Notes: generated by a model from the sequence alone, not told the origin. Positions 9,978 to 19,705 are shown, counted from the first letter of the stretch. The stretch: DNA of 64,000 nt from an uncultured Lachnospiraceae bacterium (GCA_946616365.1 CAMOIX010000004.1:17555-81554), one strand, 5' to 3'. A program made the numbers and translations.

Positions 9978-11387
9978 ATGGCAAAGTCCGCAAAGAGTAC
10001 AATCTTTTTCTGCCAGAACTGCGGCTATGAATCCGCCAAATGGATGGGTCAGTGCCCGGGCTGTAAGGAGTGGAATACATTTGTCGAGGAGCCCAAAAAG
10101 CCCGCAAAGAGTGCGGCGAGAGCCGGAGCCGGATATGCGGTGGCCGCAGGATTAAGGCCGTCATCGGGCGCTCTCGCAGGCCGGGGCAGGTCTGTGGCCA
10201 TATCCGAGGTGGAACTCTCCGATGAGGACAGGACAACCACCGGCATAGGCGAGATGGACCGAGTGATGGGCGGCGGTATAGTTCACGGATCGCTCACATT
10301 GGTAGGCGGTGATCCCGGTATCGGCAAATCGACTCTCCTTTTGCAGGTATGCAGAAATCTCTCTGCGGCCGGAGTCAGCGTGCTCTATGTATCGGGAGAG
10401 GAATCCGCCGGACAGATAAGGATGAGAGCGGAGAGGATAGGAACCTTTACCGACAAGATGCTCCTTCTTTGTGAGACTGATATTGATATCATCTCGGGCG
10501 AGATAAATGATAAGAAGCCCGATGTTGTAGTCATAGACTCCATACAGACGATGTTCAGCGAGGCTGTGGGATCTGCGCCCGGAAGCGTATCACAGGTACG
10601 CGAGATAACGGGAGCGCTGATGCAGATAGCAAAGGGACTTGGAATATCGATCTTTATCGTAGGTCACGTGACTAAGGAAGGTACCGTTGCGGGACCGAGA
10701 GTGCTTGAGCATATGGTCGATACCGTGCTCTATTTCGAAGGAGACAGGCAGTCGTCATACAGAGTGCTCAGAGGAGTTAAGAACAGATTCGGATCGACAA
10801 ATGAGATAGGCGTATTTGAGATGAGGGGAGAGGGCCTCAGGGAGGTCGAGAACCCTTCGGAATTCATGCTTGAGGGCAGACCCAAGGATGCCAGCGGATC
10901 TGTGGTTTCGTGCTCACTTGAGGGTACGAGGCCCCTGCTCGTTGAGATACAGAGCCTGGTTACGAGGACGAATTTCGGACTTCCCAGGCGCCAGGCTACG
11001 GGTACCGACTTTAACAGAGTCAATCTCCTCATGGCTGTACTTGAGAAAAGATGCGGAGAGCATCTGGGTGACTGCGATGCTTATGTGAATATCACGGGTG
11101 GTATCAAGATATCGGAGCCCGCGATAGACTTGGGAATGGTACTCGCGATACTGTCCAGCTTTACCGGCAAGCCGCTTCCTGCGGATATGGTCGCATTCGG
11201 TGAAGTGGGATTGTCGGGCGAGGTGAGGCGCGTGAGCCGTGCCGATATAAGAGCGGCCGAAGCGGCGAGACTTGGCTTTAAAACGGTCGTTGTCCCTGAG
11301 AGCTGCCTGTCCGATGTATCCAAAATAAAGGGTATCAAGGTGATCGGTGTTTCGAATGTGAGCGAAGCGAAAGATAAGTGTTTTTAG
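9978..11387 (+). CDS. radA: DNA repair protein RadA/Sms
   Basis: N-terminal zinc ribbon CQNCGYESAKWMGQCPGC, RecA-like GDPGIGKST, KNRFG motif and Lon-like C-terminal domain. Confidence 0.95.
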   Translation: MAKSAKSTIFFCQNCGYESAKWMGQCPGCKEWNTFVEEPKKPAKSAARAGAGYAVAAGLRPSSGALAGRGRSVAISEVELSDEDRTTTGIGEMDRVMGGGIVHGSLTLVGGDPGIGKSTLLLQVCRNLSAAGVSVLYVSGEESAGQIRMRAERIGTFTDKMLLLCETDIDIISGEINDKKPDVVVIDSIQTMFSEAVGSAPGSVSQVREITGALMQIAKGLGISIFIVGHVTKEGTVAGPRVLEHMVDTVLYFEGDRQSSYRVLRGVKNRFGSTNEIGVFEMRGEGLREVENPSEFMLEGRPKDASGSVVSCSLEGTRPLLVEIQSLVTRTNFGLPRRQATGTDFNRVNLLMAVLEKRCGEHLGDCDAYVNITGGIKISEPAIDLGMVLAILSSFTGKPLPADMVAFGEVGLSGEVRRVSRADIRAAEAARLGFKTVVVPESCLSDVSKIKGIKVIGVSNVSEAKDKCF

Positions 11388-11439
11388 GCTTGAAATGAGT
11401 AGTTCTTTCTGATATACTACCACTTGTTGTGACACAAAT

Positions 11440-11510
11440 AGGGGAATGGTCCAATGGTAGGGCAGCGGTCTCCAAAACCGCTAATGGGAGTTCGATCCTC
11501 TCTTCCCCTG
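11440..11510 (+). tRNA. tRNA-Trp (anticodon CCA)
   Basis: Cloverleaf folded by hand: acceptor AGGGGAA/TTCCCCT, anticodon stem GCGGT/ACCGC with loop CTCCAAA, T arm GGGAG-TTCGATC-CTCTC, discriminator G. CCA is not encoded. Confidence 0.9.
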
Positions 11511-11513
11511 CAC

Positions 11514-11547
11514 AAGAGATCGCCACTCTGAGGAGTGGCGATCTCTT
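11514..11547. terminator. 15-bp perfect hairpin between tRNA-Trp and the convergent kinase gene
   Basis: AAGAGATCGCCACTC, tgag, GAGTGGCGATCTCTT followed by AAATTTT. A second 9-bp hairpin lies at 11548-11574. Confidence 0.6.
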
Positions 11548-11649
11548 AAATTTTGCGCTTTTAGTGCAAAATTTGTGATATATGCAATTACGAAGTGGCG
11601 ATCTCTTATATATACAATTCTTTGAATCGCCCATCTCCTAAATTTTTAC

Positions 11650-14481
11650 CTATCTCCCCATCATCTTGTCGCAGATGTCTTTGTAGGTGGAGAGGAAGTC
11701 GTCAATGTCGCCTGCGATGAAAGCGGAGTCACCGTCCTTGCCGGCGAATTCGTGTTTCTTTGCACGCTCACTGAATGATGAGATACCTATCATGGCGGCA
11801 AGTCCCTTTATCGCATGAGCCTCGCGGCTGTAGGATTCCAGGTCGCCGTTTTCGTAGAGTTTTTTCAGCAGTTCGACCTTGCCGGGACAGTCCTCGGCGA
11901 TACTCTTTACGATCTCTTCGAGAGCTTCTTCATCTCCGCCGACATATCTCATGGCGGTGTCATAGTCCAATCCGTCCACTGTCGACATCCTGTACCTGAG
12001 AGAAGTGTCCTTGGGTGCTGCCGGAGCGAAGGTCATCACTGTGGTCCCGTTTCCGGATGTATCTTCCTGTTTAGGTTCCTGCTTGGGTTCGCCGCTCTCT
12101 GTAGTTATGACTTTTGAAGAAGGAAGGTATTCGCGTACTGTCTTCTCAAGAAGTCCTGAATTGATGGGCTTAGTGAGGTAATCCGCGAATCCCGCATCCA
12201 TATATATCTTGCGGCTTCCGGCAACTGCGTTGGCGGTGAGCACGATCGCGGGCGTGGTCTTGTTTACCGAAGCACCGCTCGATCTGATCAGCGACAGAGT
12301 TTCTATGCCGTCCTTGCCGGGCATCATATGGTCGAGGAGGATCAGATCGTAAGTCTTTTCCTTACACAGCTCGAATGCCTTCAGACCGCTGTCGCAGGTA
12401 TCGGGGATGATGCCTACGCGCTTGAGGAACAGGGATACGATCCTAAGGTTTGAATTATTGTCGTCAACTGCGAGGACCTTAGCGTCGGGAGCGGTATAGT
12501 CGCCGCCGTCCTTCTCCACATGGGTTTTGTGAGTGACCTTTTCATAGTCCGTGAGAGCAGGTGTCCTGTCGTAGACTCCGACAGGGATCTTTACGATGAA
12601 ATCGGATCCTTCTCCGAGCGTACTTATGACGTCTATGCTTCCTCCCATCGAATCTATGATATTCTTTACGATCGCAAGTCCCAGACCGGTGCCTTCTATG
12701 CTGCCGTTTTTCTTAAGGTCTGCTCTCGCAAATGCCTCGAACAGATTGGCCCGGCCTTCTTCGCTGATGCCTCGACCTGTGTCTTTTACGGAGAGTTCCA
12801 GCATAAATTTGTCATCAGAGATATAGTTTCCGGATACATCGAGCTTTACCGATCCGGTGTCGGTATATTTGATCGCATTGTTGATCAGGTTTATCAGGAT
12901 CTGCTTGATCCTGAACTCATCCGAGATCTGTCCGTCGGGGATCTCGTTTTTGAAGTTTACGCCGAGCGCCAGTGATTTCTCGTCAGCTCTCTCCTTGAGC
13001 ATAGGCATGATATCGTGCAGGAGCAGGCTGAAACTGTAATTGGCATCGGTTATCTCGAGCTTTCCGGCTTCTATCTTGGAGAAATCGAGCACATCGTTTA
13101 CGAGCATAAGCAGCATATTGCCCGCGCTCTTAACGCTTGAAGCATATTCATCTATCTCAGGGTCTTTATTTTCACGGAGGATCATCTCGTTCATTCCGAG
13201 GATAGAATTGATGGGAGTGCGGATCTCGTGAGACATGCTTGCGAGGAATTTGGTCTTGGCCTCGGAGAGGGCGATAGCCTTTCTCCTGTCATCGCTGAGC
13301 TGCTTGAGATCGTGGATCTGCTGAACCACGGACATGGTGAGCAGGACAGCCAGTCCGAGCAACATGGGAAGCTCATCGTGCAGTGTGACGAAGAAGTTGA
13401 GCAGTACGAGCTCGGAGAAAGCGCATACCAGGAAACCGACGAATCCAATCGCCGTGTAGATGTACTCTTTGATCTTTTTCTTAAAGAAATCCATGACGAT
13501 AACGCCCATAACGACGAGTATCTGTATGCCGAGTATGATATTGATAAAAGGAAGGGCGCGCGGGAAAGAGAGTATTCCGCTAAAATGAAGTCCTGACCAG
13601 AGAAAGAGGCTCAGGAATGAAAGCACACAGACGCCTATCATTATCTTGCGATAGCGGCCTTTCTGTAACGCATCAAGGTAAAAAAGCAGACTGAACGGGA
13701 TCATCATACAGTAGAGATAGTTCATGATGCCGTCTATATGATAATGATGATATATAAAGGGATACAGATATGAATTCGATATGATCCAACCGGATATGAC
13801 TACGATGGAGAAAGAGCCATAAGTCATAGCTATTTTGCTCTTATAGGATATACTCATTGCGATACTTATGATAAATAGGACGGATGAGAAGATGAGCAGT
13901 ATCTCAGCGAGCATAAGGGATAATGCATAATTTTCCATAAGGAAGTTGTAGAGACCGCTGGCAGTGCACAAGAACGCTTCCTGATAGACCTGGCCGTTAC
14001 GGGTTGTGCCCTCACGTACGATTTTAAGTTCCGCATTGGCATCTGAAGGATGCAGCGGTACGATCATGTAGAATCTCTTAACTATTCCGCCGGGCACGAT
14101 CATATCCCTGCGGGATACGAAATCTTTGCGAAGTACACCGTCTACATAAACGTATGCGTCACCGCCCGATATGAAGCAGAAGTAAGAGTCATCATATAGC
14201 TGGTCGGGAAGGGTGGTCCTGGCAACATATTCTCCATTGGAGTCGAGACCGGACTGGTATGAACTGCCTGCGGCAGAGACAGTCCCATTCGGATTGGTGA
14301 CTCTCCAATCCTCAAGATACATAGGATCGTCATACTCTAGGTAAAATGGAGCGTCCATACTGTTAAAAACAAAGAGTCCGATAGTTGATACAGCCATGAT
14401 CGTAAAAAAGATACATTTCGCGATCAGCATTATTTTTTCTGACAAAGGGGACGGTGCTACGGATCTGTTCTGATTCTTCAT
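11650..14481 (-). CDS. hybrid sensor histidine kinase/response regulator with Hpt (7TMR-DISM-like sensor)
   Basis: 943 aa. N-terminal anchor, ~150-aa extracytoplasmic domain and about 7 TM helices. H-box FLASMSHEIRTPINSILGMNEMIL, HATPase (GTGLGLAIVK), REC (VLAVDDNNSN...LLDHMMPGKDG) and Hpt (AHAIKGLAAMIG). Confidence 0.9.
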   Translation of the reverse strand: MKNQNRSVAPSPLSEKIMLIAKCIFFTIMAVSTIGLFVFNSMDAPFYLEYDDPMYLEDWRVTNPNGTVSAAGSSYQSGLDSNGEYVARTTLPDQLYDDSYFCFISGGDAYVYVDGVLRKDFVSRRDMIVPGGIVKRFYMIVPLHPSDANAELKIVREGTTRNGQVYQEAFLCTASGLYNFLMENYALSLMLAEILLIFSSVLFIISIAMSISYKSKIAMTYGSFSIVVISGWIISNSYLYPFIYHHYHIDGIMNYLYCMMIPFSLLFYLDALQKGRYRKIMIGVCVLSFLSLFLWSGLHFSGILSFPRALPFINIILGIQILVVMGVIVMDFFKKKIKEYIYTAIGFVGFLVCAFSELVLLNFFVTLHDELPMLLGLAVLLTMSVVQQIHDLKQLSDDRRKAIALSEAKTKFLASMSHEIRTPINSILGMNEMILRENKDPEIDEYASSVKSAGNMLLMLVNDVLDFSKIEAGKLEITDANYSFSLLLHDIMPMLKERADEKSLALGVNFKNEIPDGQISDEFRIKQILINLINNAIKYTDTGSVKLDVSGNYISDDKFMLELSVKDTGRGISEEGRANLFEAFARADLKKNGSIEGTGLGLAIVKNIIDSMGGSIDVISTLGEGSDFIVKIPVGVYDRTPALTDYEKVTHKTHVEKDGGDYTAPDAKVLAVDDNNSNLRIVSLFLKRVGIIPDTCDSGLKAFELCKEKTYDLILLDHMMPGKDGIETLSLIRSSGASVNKTTPAIVLTANAVAGSRKIYMDAGFADYLTKPINSGLLEKTVREYLPSSKVITTESGEPKQEPKQEDTSGNGTTVMTFAPAAPKDTSLRYRMSTVDGLDYDTAMRYVGGDEEALEEIVKSIAEDCPGKVELLKKLYENGDLESYSREAHAIKGLAAMIGISSFSERAKKHEFAGKDGDSAFIAGDIDDFLSTYKDICDKMMGR

Positions 14482-14692
14482 GATTACCTCCGTTGGAACG
14501 GTTTACGGTATCTTCTAATTATATGTCAACAAAGGGGATTGTTAAAGGGATATATTTGCTCAATTTGGGTTATTTGCGGGCTTTTTTCAGATTTGAGGTT
14601 ATATTTTGGGGAAATCAGTCCGATATACCATCCGTAAGGATAAATTTGCCGTGTTTCCGAAAGGATTCGGACAGGTGCGAAGGGAGTCGCGG

Positions 14693-15862
14693 ATGGCAAT
14701 TCATATGAATACCAAAATGAATATTGCCACGGGACTCGTGCCGAGCCGAACAGGCGGACAGAGCCGTGGTTTTTTGTTGCGTGGAAAAAGTGCGGCATAT
14801 GCGGGAACCGGTCGTGGCGCAAATACATCCGACGTAGGTGCTTTTGATTCCGGTGCGGGAGTAAGCGATGCCAGAGAAAGACGGCGGCTTGTAAATACAG
14901 GTTCATCTTCGAAGAAAAACGAATCGGTTGCGGATAGGATAATCGGTTTCAGCTCGTCATATGCGGAAAGCCTTCAAAAGTTGAGGACTAAGAAGGAAAA
15001 GACCGCACTCGATCTAAAGAAGCTGAATTATAATTTCAAAGGAATATCGTCAAAGATCATGAGGAGCAAGACTTCGACCGCGGCAAGACAGGCAGCAAGC
15101 AGTGCCAGACGTGAGATCCAGCGACTTAAGAGACTGAGGAGATCCGGCGATTACGACGATGAAGAACTTGAGATAGCAATTGAGCATGCGGAAAGCATGG
15201 AGAGAGTGGCTAAGAAAAAAGCGATCAACCTCAGAAAAGAAGAGATGGTAAAGGTTACGGATTCTGAAGGAGACGCAGACTATACCGAGGAGATAGAAGA
15301 GGATGATGCGAGGGATGATCAGGAAGAATTTGTCCCTGAAGATTACAGATTCCACAAGTTCACTGACGAGGAAAAAGCTTATTACGAGGAACTCATTAGA
15401 CAAAAGATAGAACAGACTCTAGAGGAACAGGACATCACAGTGGAAGCGGCCTCGGAAATTGCCGAAGATATGAACGTCCAGGCTGAAGAAATAATGGCCG
15501 ATCTGCAGGATATGCTGGAGGAGACCATGGAGGAGATGGAGATGCTGGAGATCCTCACGGCGCCGCCTCCCGAGATGAATAAGGAGGAATTCAAGGTCTA
15601 CTGTCAGAAGCACCGCAACAGTGAGCAGAAGGATATAGCGGAAGCGGATCGAGAATATCTCAAGGCAATGTTCGATAAGTTTGAGAGAGACAAGAAAGCT
15701 TCGACTGCCGGAATAAACATAGGAAGTGCCGGCGGCGGATCATCCGGGATTACAGGAATGTCGGGAGGACATATATCGGCAGGTCCTTCGGCAGCAGAGG
15801 TGGCAGGTGTGGCGATGACTGACACCGCGGGAGTAAGTACAAGTGTAAACTTATCTGTATAG
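14693..15862 (+). CDS. hypothetical highly charged protein
   Basis: ATG at 14693 follows AGGGAG by 6 nt (the track start at 14606 has no Shine-Dalgarno). S/G/T-rich N-terminus, basic coiled-coil-like middle, very acidic E/D-rich segment, G/S-rich tail. No known domain recognised. Confidence 0.55.
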   Translation: MAIHMNTKMNIATGLVPSRTGGQSRGFLLRGKSAAYAGTGRGANTSDVGAFDSGAGVSDARERRRLVNTGSSSKKNESVADRIIGFSSSYAESLQKLRTKKEKTALDLKKLNYNFKGISSKIMRSKTSTAARQAASSARREIQRLKRLRRSGDYDDEELEIAIEHAESMERVAKKKAINLRKEEMVKVTDSEGDADYTEEIEEDDARDDQEEFVPEDYRFHKFTDEEKAYYEELIRQKIEQTLEEQDITVEAASEIAEDMNVQAEEIMADLQDMLEETMEEMEMLEILTAPPPEMNKEEFKVYCQKHRNSEQKDIAEADREYLKAMFDKFERDKKASTAGINIGSAGGGSSGITGMSGGHISAGPSAAEVAGVAMTDTAGVSTSVNLSV

Positions 15863-15925
15863 ATATAAAAAAATGAAACGATCGATCTACGGGATCTATC
15901 AGGGAGATCCGGAAAGGAGTAACAA

Positions 15926-16681
15926 ATGAGTATCATCAGCGAGATAGCATCAGCTACTACGAAACAGACAACGGATGTTAAGGAGACAAAAACTTCCGCA
16001 TATACCGCAGATTACGGTAAGACTGTCGGAAAGCCGCAGCTCTCCGAGAAAGCTGCCAAGTATTATGAGTCGCTCAAGAAAAAGTACGGCAATATGGATT
16101 TCGTCCTTGTCAGCAAGGATATGAAAGAGACTGCAAAGTCCCAGGTCGGAAGCTATGCCAATCCGTACAGGATGGTAGTCCTTGTCGACGAGGAGAAGAT
16201 AGAGCGTATGGCTGAGGATGAGGCATACAGAGCGAAGTATGAAGGCCTGATCGAGAAGGCTTCATCGGGAATATCACAGCTTCGTGCCAAGACCGCAGAC
16301 AATCCGAACGTGAAAGGATTCGGAATGCAGGTCAACGACAACGGCACCGCTACATTCTTTGCAGTACTCAAGGATTCCTCCAAAGCGCAGAAGGCACGCA
16401 TCGAGAAAAAGGCTGCTGAGAATAAAGAAGCAAAGAAGGAAGCTGCAAAGAAAGCTGAAGAGAAACGTGCTGAAGAAGCCAAAGCCGAAAAAGCAGAGAA
16501 ATCTGATTGGAATGACGGAGGCATCTACATAGACGATGAAGCAGGCGACGTACTCATCCAGGCTTCGTCTGTTGAGGAACTCCTGCAGAAGATAAGTGAC
16601 TATGAGTACAATCTGCGCGCTGACAGCGTCATGACGGAAAGCGAGAAAGCCATCGGCGGACATATAGACTTCAAGGGATGA
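15926..16681 (+). CDS. hypothetical protein with K/E/A-rich central segment
   Basis: 251 aa with AAAGGAG Shine-Dalgarno. The segment GKPQLSEKAAKYYESLKKKYGNMDFVLVSKDM...MVVLVDEEKIERMAEDE looks like a conserved Clostridia DUF to me, but I cannot name it with confidence. Confidence 0.6.
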   Translation: MSIISEIASATTKQTTDVKETKTSAYTADYGKTVGKPQLSEKAAKYYESLKKKYGNMDFVLVSKDMKETAKSQVGSYANPYRMVVLVDEEKIERMAEDEAYRAKYEGLIEKASSGISQLRAKTADNPNVKGFGMQVNDNGTATFFAVLKDSSKAQKARIEKKAAENKEAKKEAAKKAEEKRAEEAKAEKAEKSDWNDGGIYIDDEAGDVLIQASSVEELLQKISDYEYNLRADSVMTESEKAIGGHIDFKG

Positions 16682-16694
16682 TCTATATCGAAAA

Positions 16695-17792
16695 TTAATA
16701 ATCGAAATGCGGCACGGTGACTTTTGTGTTGAGGGCGTGGAGGTACATCATCTGTACCTCCGCGTTCATGTTTATGGGCGTAAGAGTGGTTTCGGGATGT
16801 TTGTTTTTGAACACTCGGAATACTTCATCTGCAAATCCTTGCCCCATGATCTCTGCATTTTCAAAATCGAGGATTGCTTCATGAAAGTTTTCAAGACGGG
16901 AGCATATCCTCCTGGCCTGCGACCTGGCGATGGGATTTCTATCGAGACATGCCTCAAATACAGGAATCTTCGTTCTATAGAATCCATCATCGGGATTTGA
17001 GTATTCATTAAAAATTTTTAAAGGATTATGAGATGTATTGTTTTCCAACTGCATTGTAACCACTGTACCCTTCTTACTGATCTTCATAGCATATGCTAGT
17101 ATATGCGATTTTATGATTTCCGGATCTTCGGCAAATCCACATCGTAATACAATCCCATCAGATACGATAGACATTTTCTCTAGTAACCTCATTGAAAAGA
17201 AAATCCCCTCTCCACTGTGGTTTTCGGGTTTGCTGGAAAACTTTCCTTTATACAGTTCCGTTACCGCATCCTCCAAGCGTGGATCAGGTAAACCATATTT
17301 TTTCATCGATTCGGTAACATTTTTGTATATGCCTATACCGTCATCGACGATGCTGATTCTTGTGTATAAAGAATTAATTTCGCCGTATACGGTAACTGAT
17401 TTGCCGTCCGAATGTTCTATTGAGTTGTTGAATATTTCCGTAAGTGAATATTGCCATATTTTTTTTGCGTTTTCGTTTACTGTGAGCTTGGGAAGTATAT
17501 CGGTATAGACGATCATATCTTCGTGCTCACAGATTTCGCTGATAGAGTATTTTGTTCGTATTGTCTTTGAAACGAGTTTGTACCCGCATTTGCATTTATC
17601 ATTCGCAATAATATGCGCATCTTCAAGTTCTGCATTAATATATCTCTTAACACTTGTGAGCGATATTCCAAATGCATCTGCAACTTTTGATTGCATAAGA
17701 ATGTCATCCTCGTCAATCTTACGAAGAAGATATAATTTTATCTCATTTCTTTTCTCATCGGTAAATGACATGTACGACCTCATACTAACCAT
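16695..17792 (-). CDS. HTH / GHKL-ATPase (anti-sigma-kinase-like) / STAS-like DUF4325 protein
   Basis: 365 aa. N-terminal HTH (SKVADAFGISLTSVKRYI). GHKL N-box EIFNNSIEHS, G1 VDDGIGI and G2 GEGIFF. The C-terminal ILDFENAEIMGQGFADEVFRVF matches my memory of DUF4325. It is visibly AT-richer than its neighbours, with AAA/GAA/TTA codons. Confidence 0.72.
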   Translation of the reverse strand: MVSMRSYMSFTDEKRNEIKLYLLRKIDEDDILMQSKVADAFGISLTSVKRYINAELEDAHIIANDKCKCGYKLVSKTIRTKYSISEICEHEDMIVYTDILPKLTVNENAKKIWQYSLTEIFNNSIEHSDGKSVTVYGEINSLYTRISIVDDGIGIYKNVTESMKKYGLPDPRLEDAVTELYKGKFSSKPENHSGEGIFFSMRLLEKMSIVSDGIVLRCGFAEDPEIIKSHILAYAMKISKKGTVVTMQLENNTSHNPLKIFNEYSNPDDGFYRTKIPVFEACLDRNPIARSQARRICSRLENFHEAILDFENAEIMGQGFADEVFRVFKNKHPETTLTPINMNAEVQMMYLHALNTKVTVPHFDY

Positions 17793-17862
17793 AATATATT
17801 GACAACTAACTATAAAATATCATATACTGACTCGAAAGTCAATTTGAAAAATGGAGAAATCA

Positions 17863-17913
17863 ATGGATAAAATATTGGAATACAAGGGATTTCAGACTGA
17901 AATAGAATATGAT
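17863..17913 (+). pseudogene. N-terminal stub of a HicB-family-like antitoxin gene
   Basis: GGAGAAATCA then ATG, giving MDKILEYKGFQTEIEYD. This resembles the (I/L)EYKGY.G.(V/I)E(Y/F) start of one HicB antitoxin class. After codon 17 the frame runs into the antisense of the XRE remnant and stops at 17961. Confidence 0.35.
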
Positions 17914-17919
17914 CTTTTT

Positions 17920-18099
17920 TTATTTCATATATCGTTCCTTGTTCTTTGTTTGTCCAAGTAAGTAATCTATAGAACAGTTGTATATTTTGGAAAGCTTAAT
18001 AAGAATAGCGGTCGGAATGTCACGTTTTCCCAATTCATAATAGGAATACGCAACTTGTGAACAGTTAAGCTTTTGAGCAATGGGATAAAGAGAGATGAC
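17920..18099 (-). pseudogene. 5'-truncated XRE-family HTH gene remnant
   Basis: Minus-strand translation gives SLYPIAQKLNCSQVAYSYYELGKRDIPTAILIKLSKIYNCSIDYLLGQTKNKERYMK*. This covers helices 2-5 of an XRE HTH. There is an in-frame TGA immediately upstream at 18100-18102 and no start codon. Confidence 0.55.
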
Positions 18100-18165
18100 T
18101 CACGCATATGATGAACTGTATATCGGAAGATCCAGGATCACCTTTACAAATCCGCTGATTAACCC

Positions 18166-19527
18166 TTACTCCATCCCATCTTCCTTCGGGAGTTTACTGA
18201 AGAAGTGCAGGGCGAAGATGATCGAGGGGAAGAAGGAGAGGACATGCGCCAGAGGCTGAGCCTCCTGGATGCCCGGGAGTCCTCGCAGTTCTGAGAGTAT
18301 AAGCAAAGCGGGAATGAAAAAGAGTCCGCTTCTCATGCACGATAAAAGGGATGCCCCGAGCTTGTGTCCCGTGCTCTGATACATCATCTCCGTCATGATG
18401 GAGACCGGCAGGAAAGCCATCGATACGCACAGGAGTCTGAGGGCTCTTGTGCCTATTACTATTACGACATAATCATCTCTGAATATCCGGATCATCTGTC
18501 CCGACACCGCGAGCATACCGCTTATTACCACGAGTATGAGCGCTTCTGCGGTCATCCATGTAAACTTATATGCTTTGCGCACTCTGGAGTACTTCTTTGC
18601 ACCGTAATTAAATCCGCTCACAGGCTGGAATCCCTGGCCTATGCCGAGTGCTACGCTCAGCATCATAAATCCTATCCTTGATACTATACTCATTGCAGCG
18701 ACTGCAGCGTCTCCGTACACTGCCGCACGGTTATTCAGGATGATCGTAGCGACGCTGTTAAGTCCCTGGCGAAGGAGGCTGGGAAGACCCGTAGCACAGA
18801 TAAGCCCGACGGCACTCAGGTTCCCGGCAAAAAGCCTGTACGATATACGGCTGCTGGTCCTCTTGGCGACAAACATCGATATGAGGATGCAGAAGCTGAT
18901 GATCTGAGAGAGGCAGGTGGATAGTCCCGCACCGGATACTCCCATACCGCAGTAGAACATGAACACCGGATCGAGTGCCATATTAAGGATGCCGCCGGTC
19001 ATCATGCCGGCCATGCCGAGCGCTGCTTTTCCTTCATATCTGAGGATGTTGTTGAGTGTGAAACTCGATGCCATGAAAGGTGCCGAGATCATGATATAGA
19101 TAGTGTATTCTTTGGCATATGGGGCGATGGTCTCGGTACTTCCAAGGAAATACATGAGATCGTCGATCTGCGTATAGCTGAGCGCTGCTATCAGGGTCGC
19201 TATGATAAATGATGAAAAGAAAGAAACTGAAGCATATTTCGAAGCGCTGTCCGTGTCTTTGGCTCCGAGCATCCTCGAAACGATACTGCCTCCGCCCTGA
19301 CCGAAGAGAAATCCGCAGGCCTGGATTATCGACATATATCCAAAGACGATGCCTATCGCTCCGGATGCGGAATTGCCGAGTCTGCTCACGAAATAGGTAT
19401 CTACCATATTGTAGATATTCGATACCATCATCGTGATGATCGTCGGTATGGATAGAGAAATGATAAGACGGGGAATCGGAGTCCCCGTCATTTTTTCGTA
19501 TTGTGAAACTTTAATCTTGGTACTCAT
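18166..19527 (-). CDS. MATE family efflux transporter
   Basis: 453 aa with 12 predicted TM helices and the typical MATE N-terminus (PRLIISLSIPTIITMMVSNIYNMVDTYFVSRLG). Confidence 0.9.
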   Translation of the reverse strand: MSTKIKVSQYEKMTGTPIPRLIISLSIPTIITMMVSNIYNMVDTYFVSRLGNSASGAIGIVFGYMSIIQACGFLFGQGGGSIVSRMLGAKDTDSASKYASVSFFSSFIIATLIAALSYTQIDDLMYFLGSTETIAPYAKEYTIYIMISAPFMASSFTLNNILRYEGKAALGMAGMMTGGILNMALDPVFMFYCGMGVSGAGLSTCLSQIISFCILISMFVAKRTSSRISYRLFAGNLSAVGLICATGLPSLLRQGLNSVATIILNNRAAVYGDAAVAAMSIVSRIGFMMLSVALGIGQGFQPVSGFNYGAKKYSRVRKAYKFTWMTAEALILVVISGMLAVSGQMIRIFRDDYVVIVIGTRALRLLCVSMAFLPVSIMTEMMYQSTGHKLGASLLSCMRSGLFFIPALLILSELRGLPGIQEAQPLAHVLSFFPSIIFALHFFSKLPKEDGME

Positions 19528-19705
19528 GCAGTTAATTGTAAATTATTTCCAGACAGCGGTCAAATTGCCGATAGTTATCACGGGATCAACTTCATGCATG
19601 GCACGATGAAAAGCGTATGCATTTACGGAAAGCGCGCCGATCCATGCTGCTATCTCCGCATGCGGATAATACTCCCGTTTTTTGGTGTTTAATATGATTT
19701 ATTTA

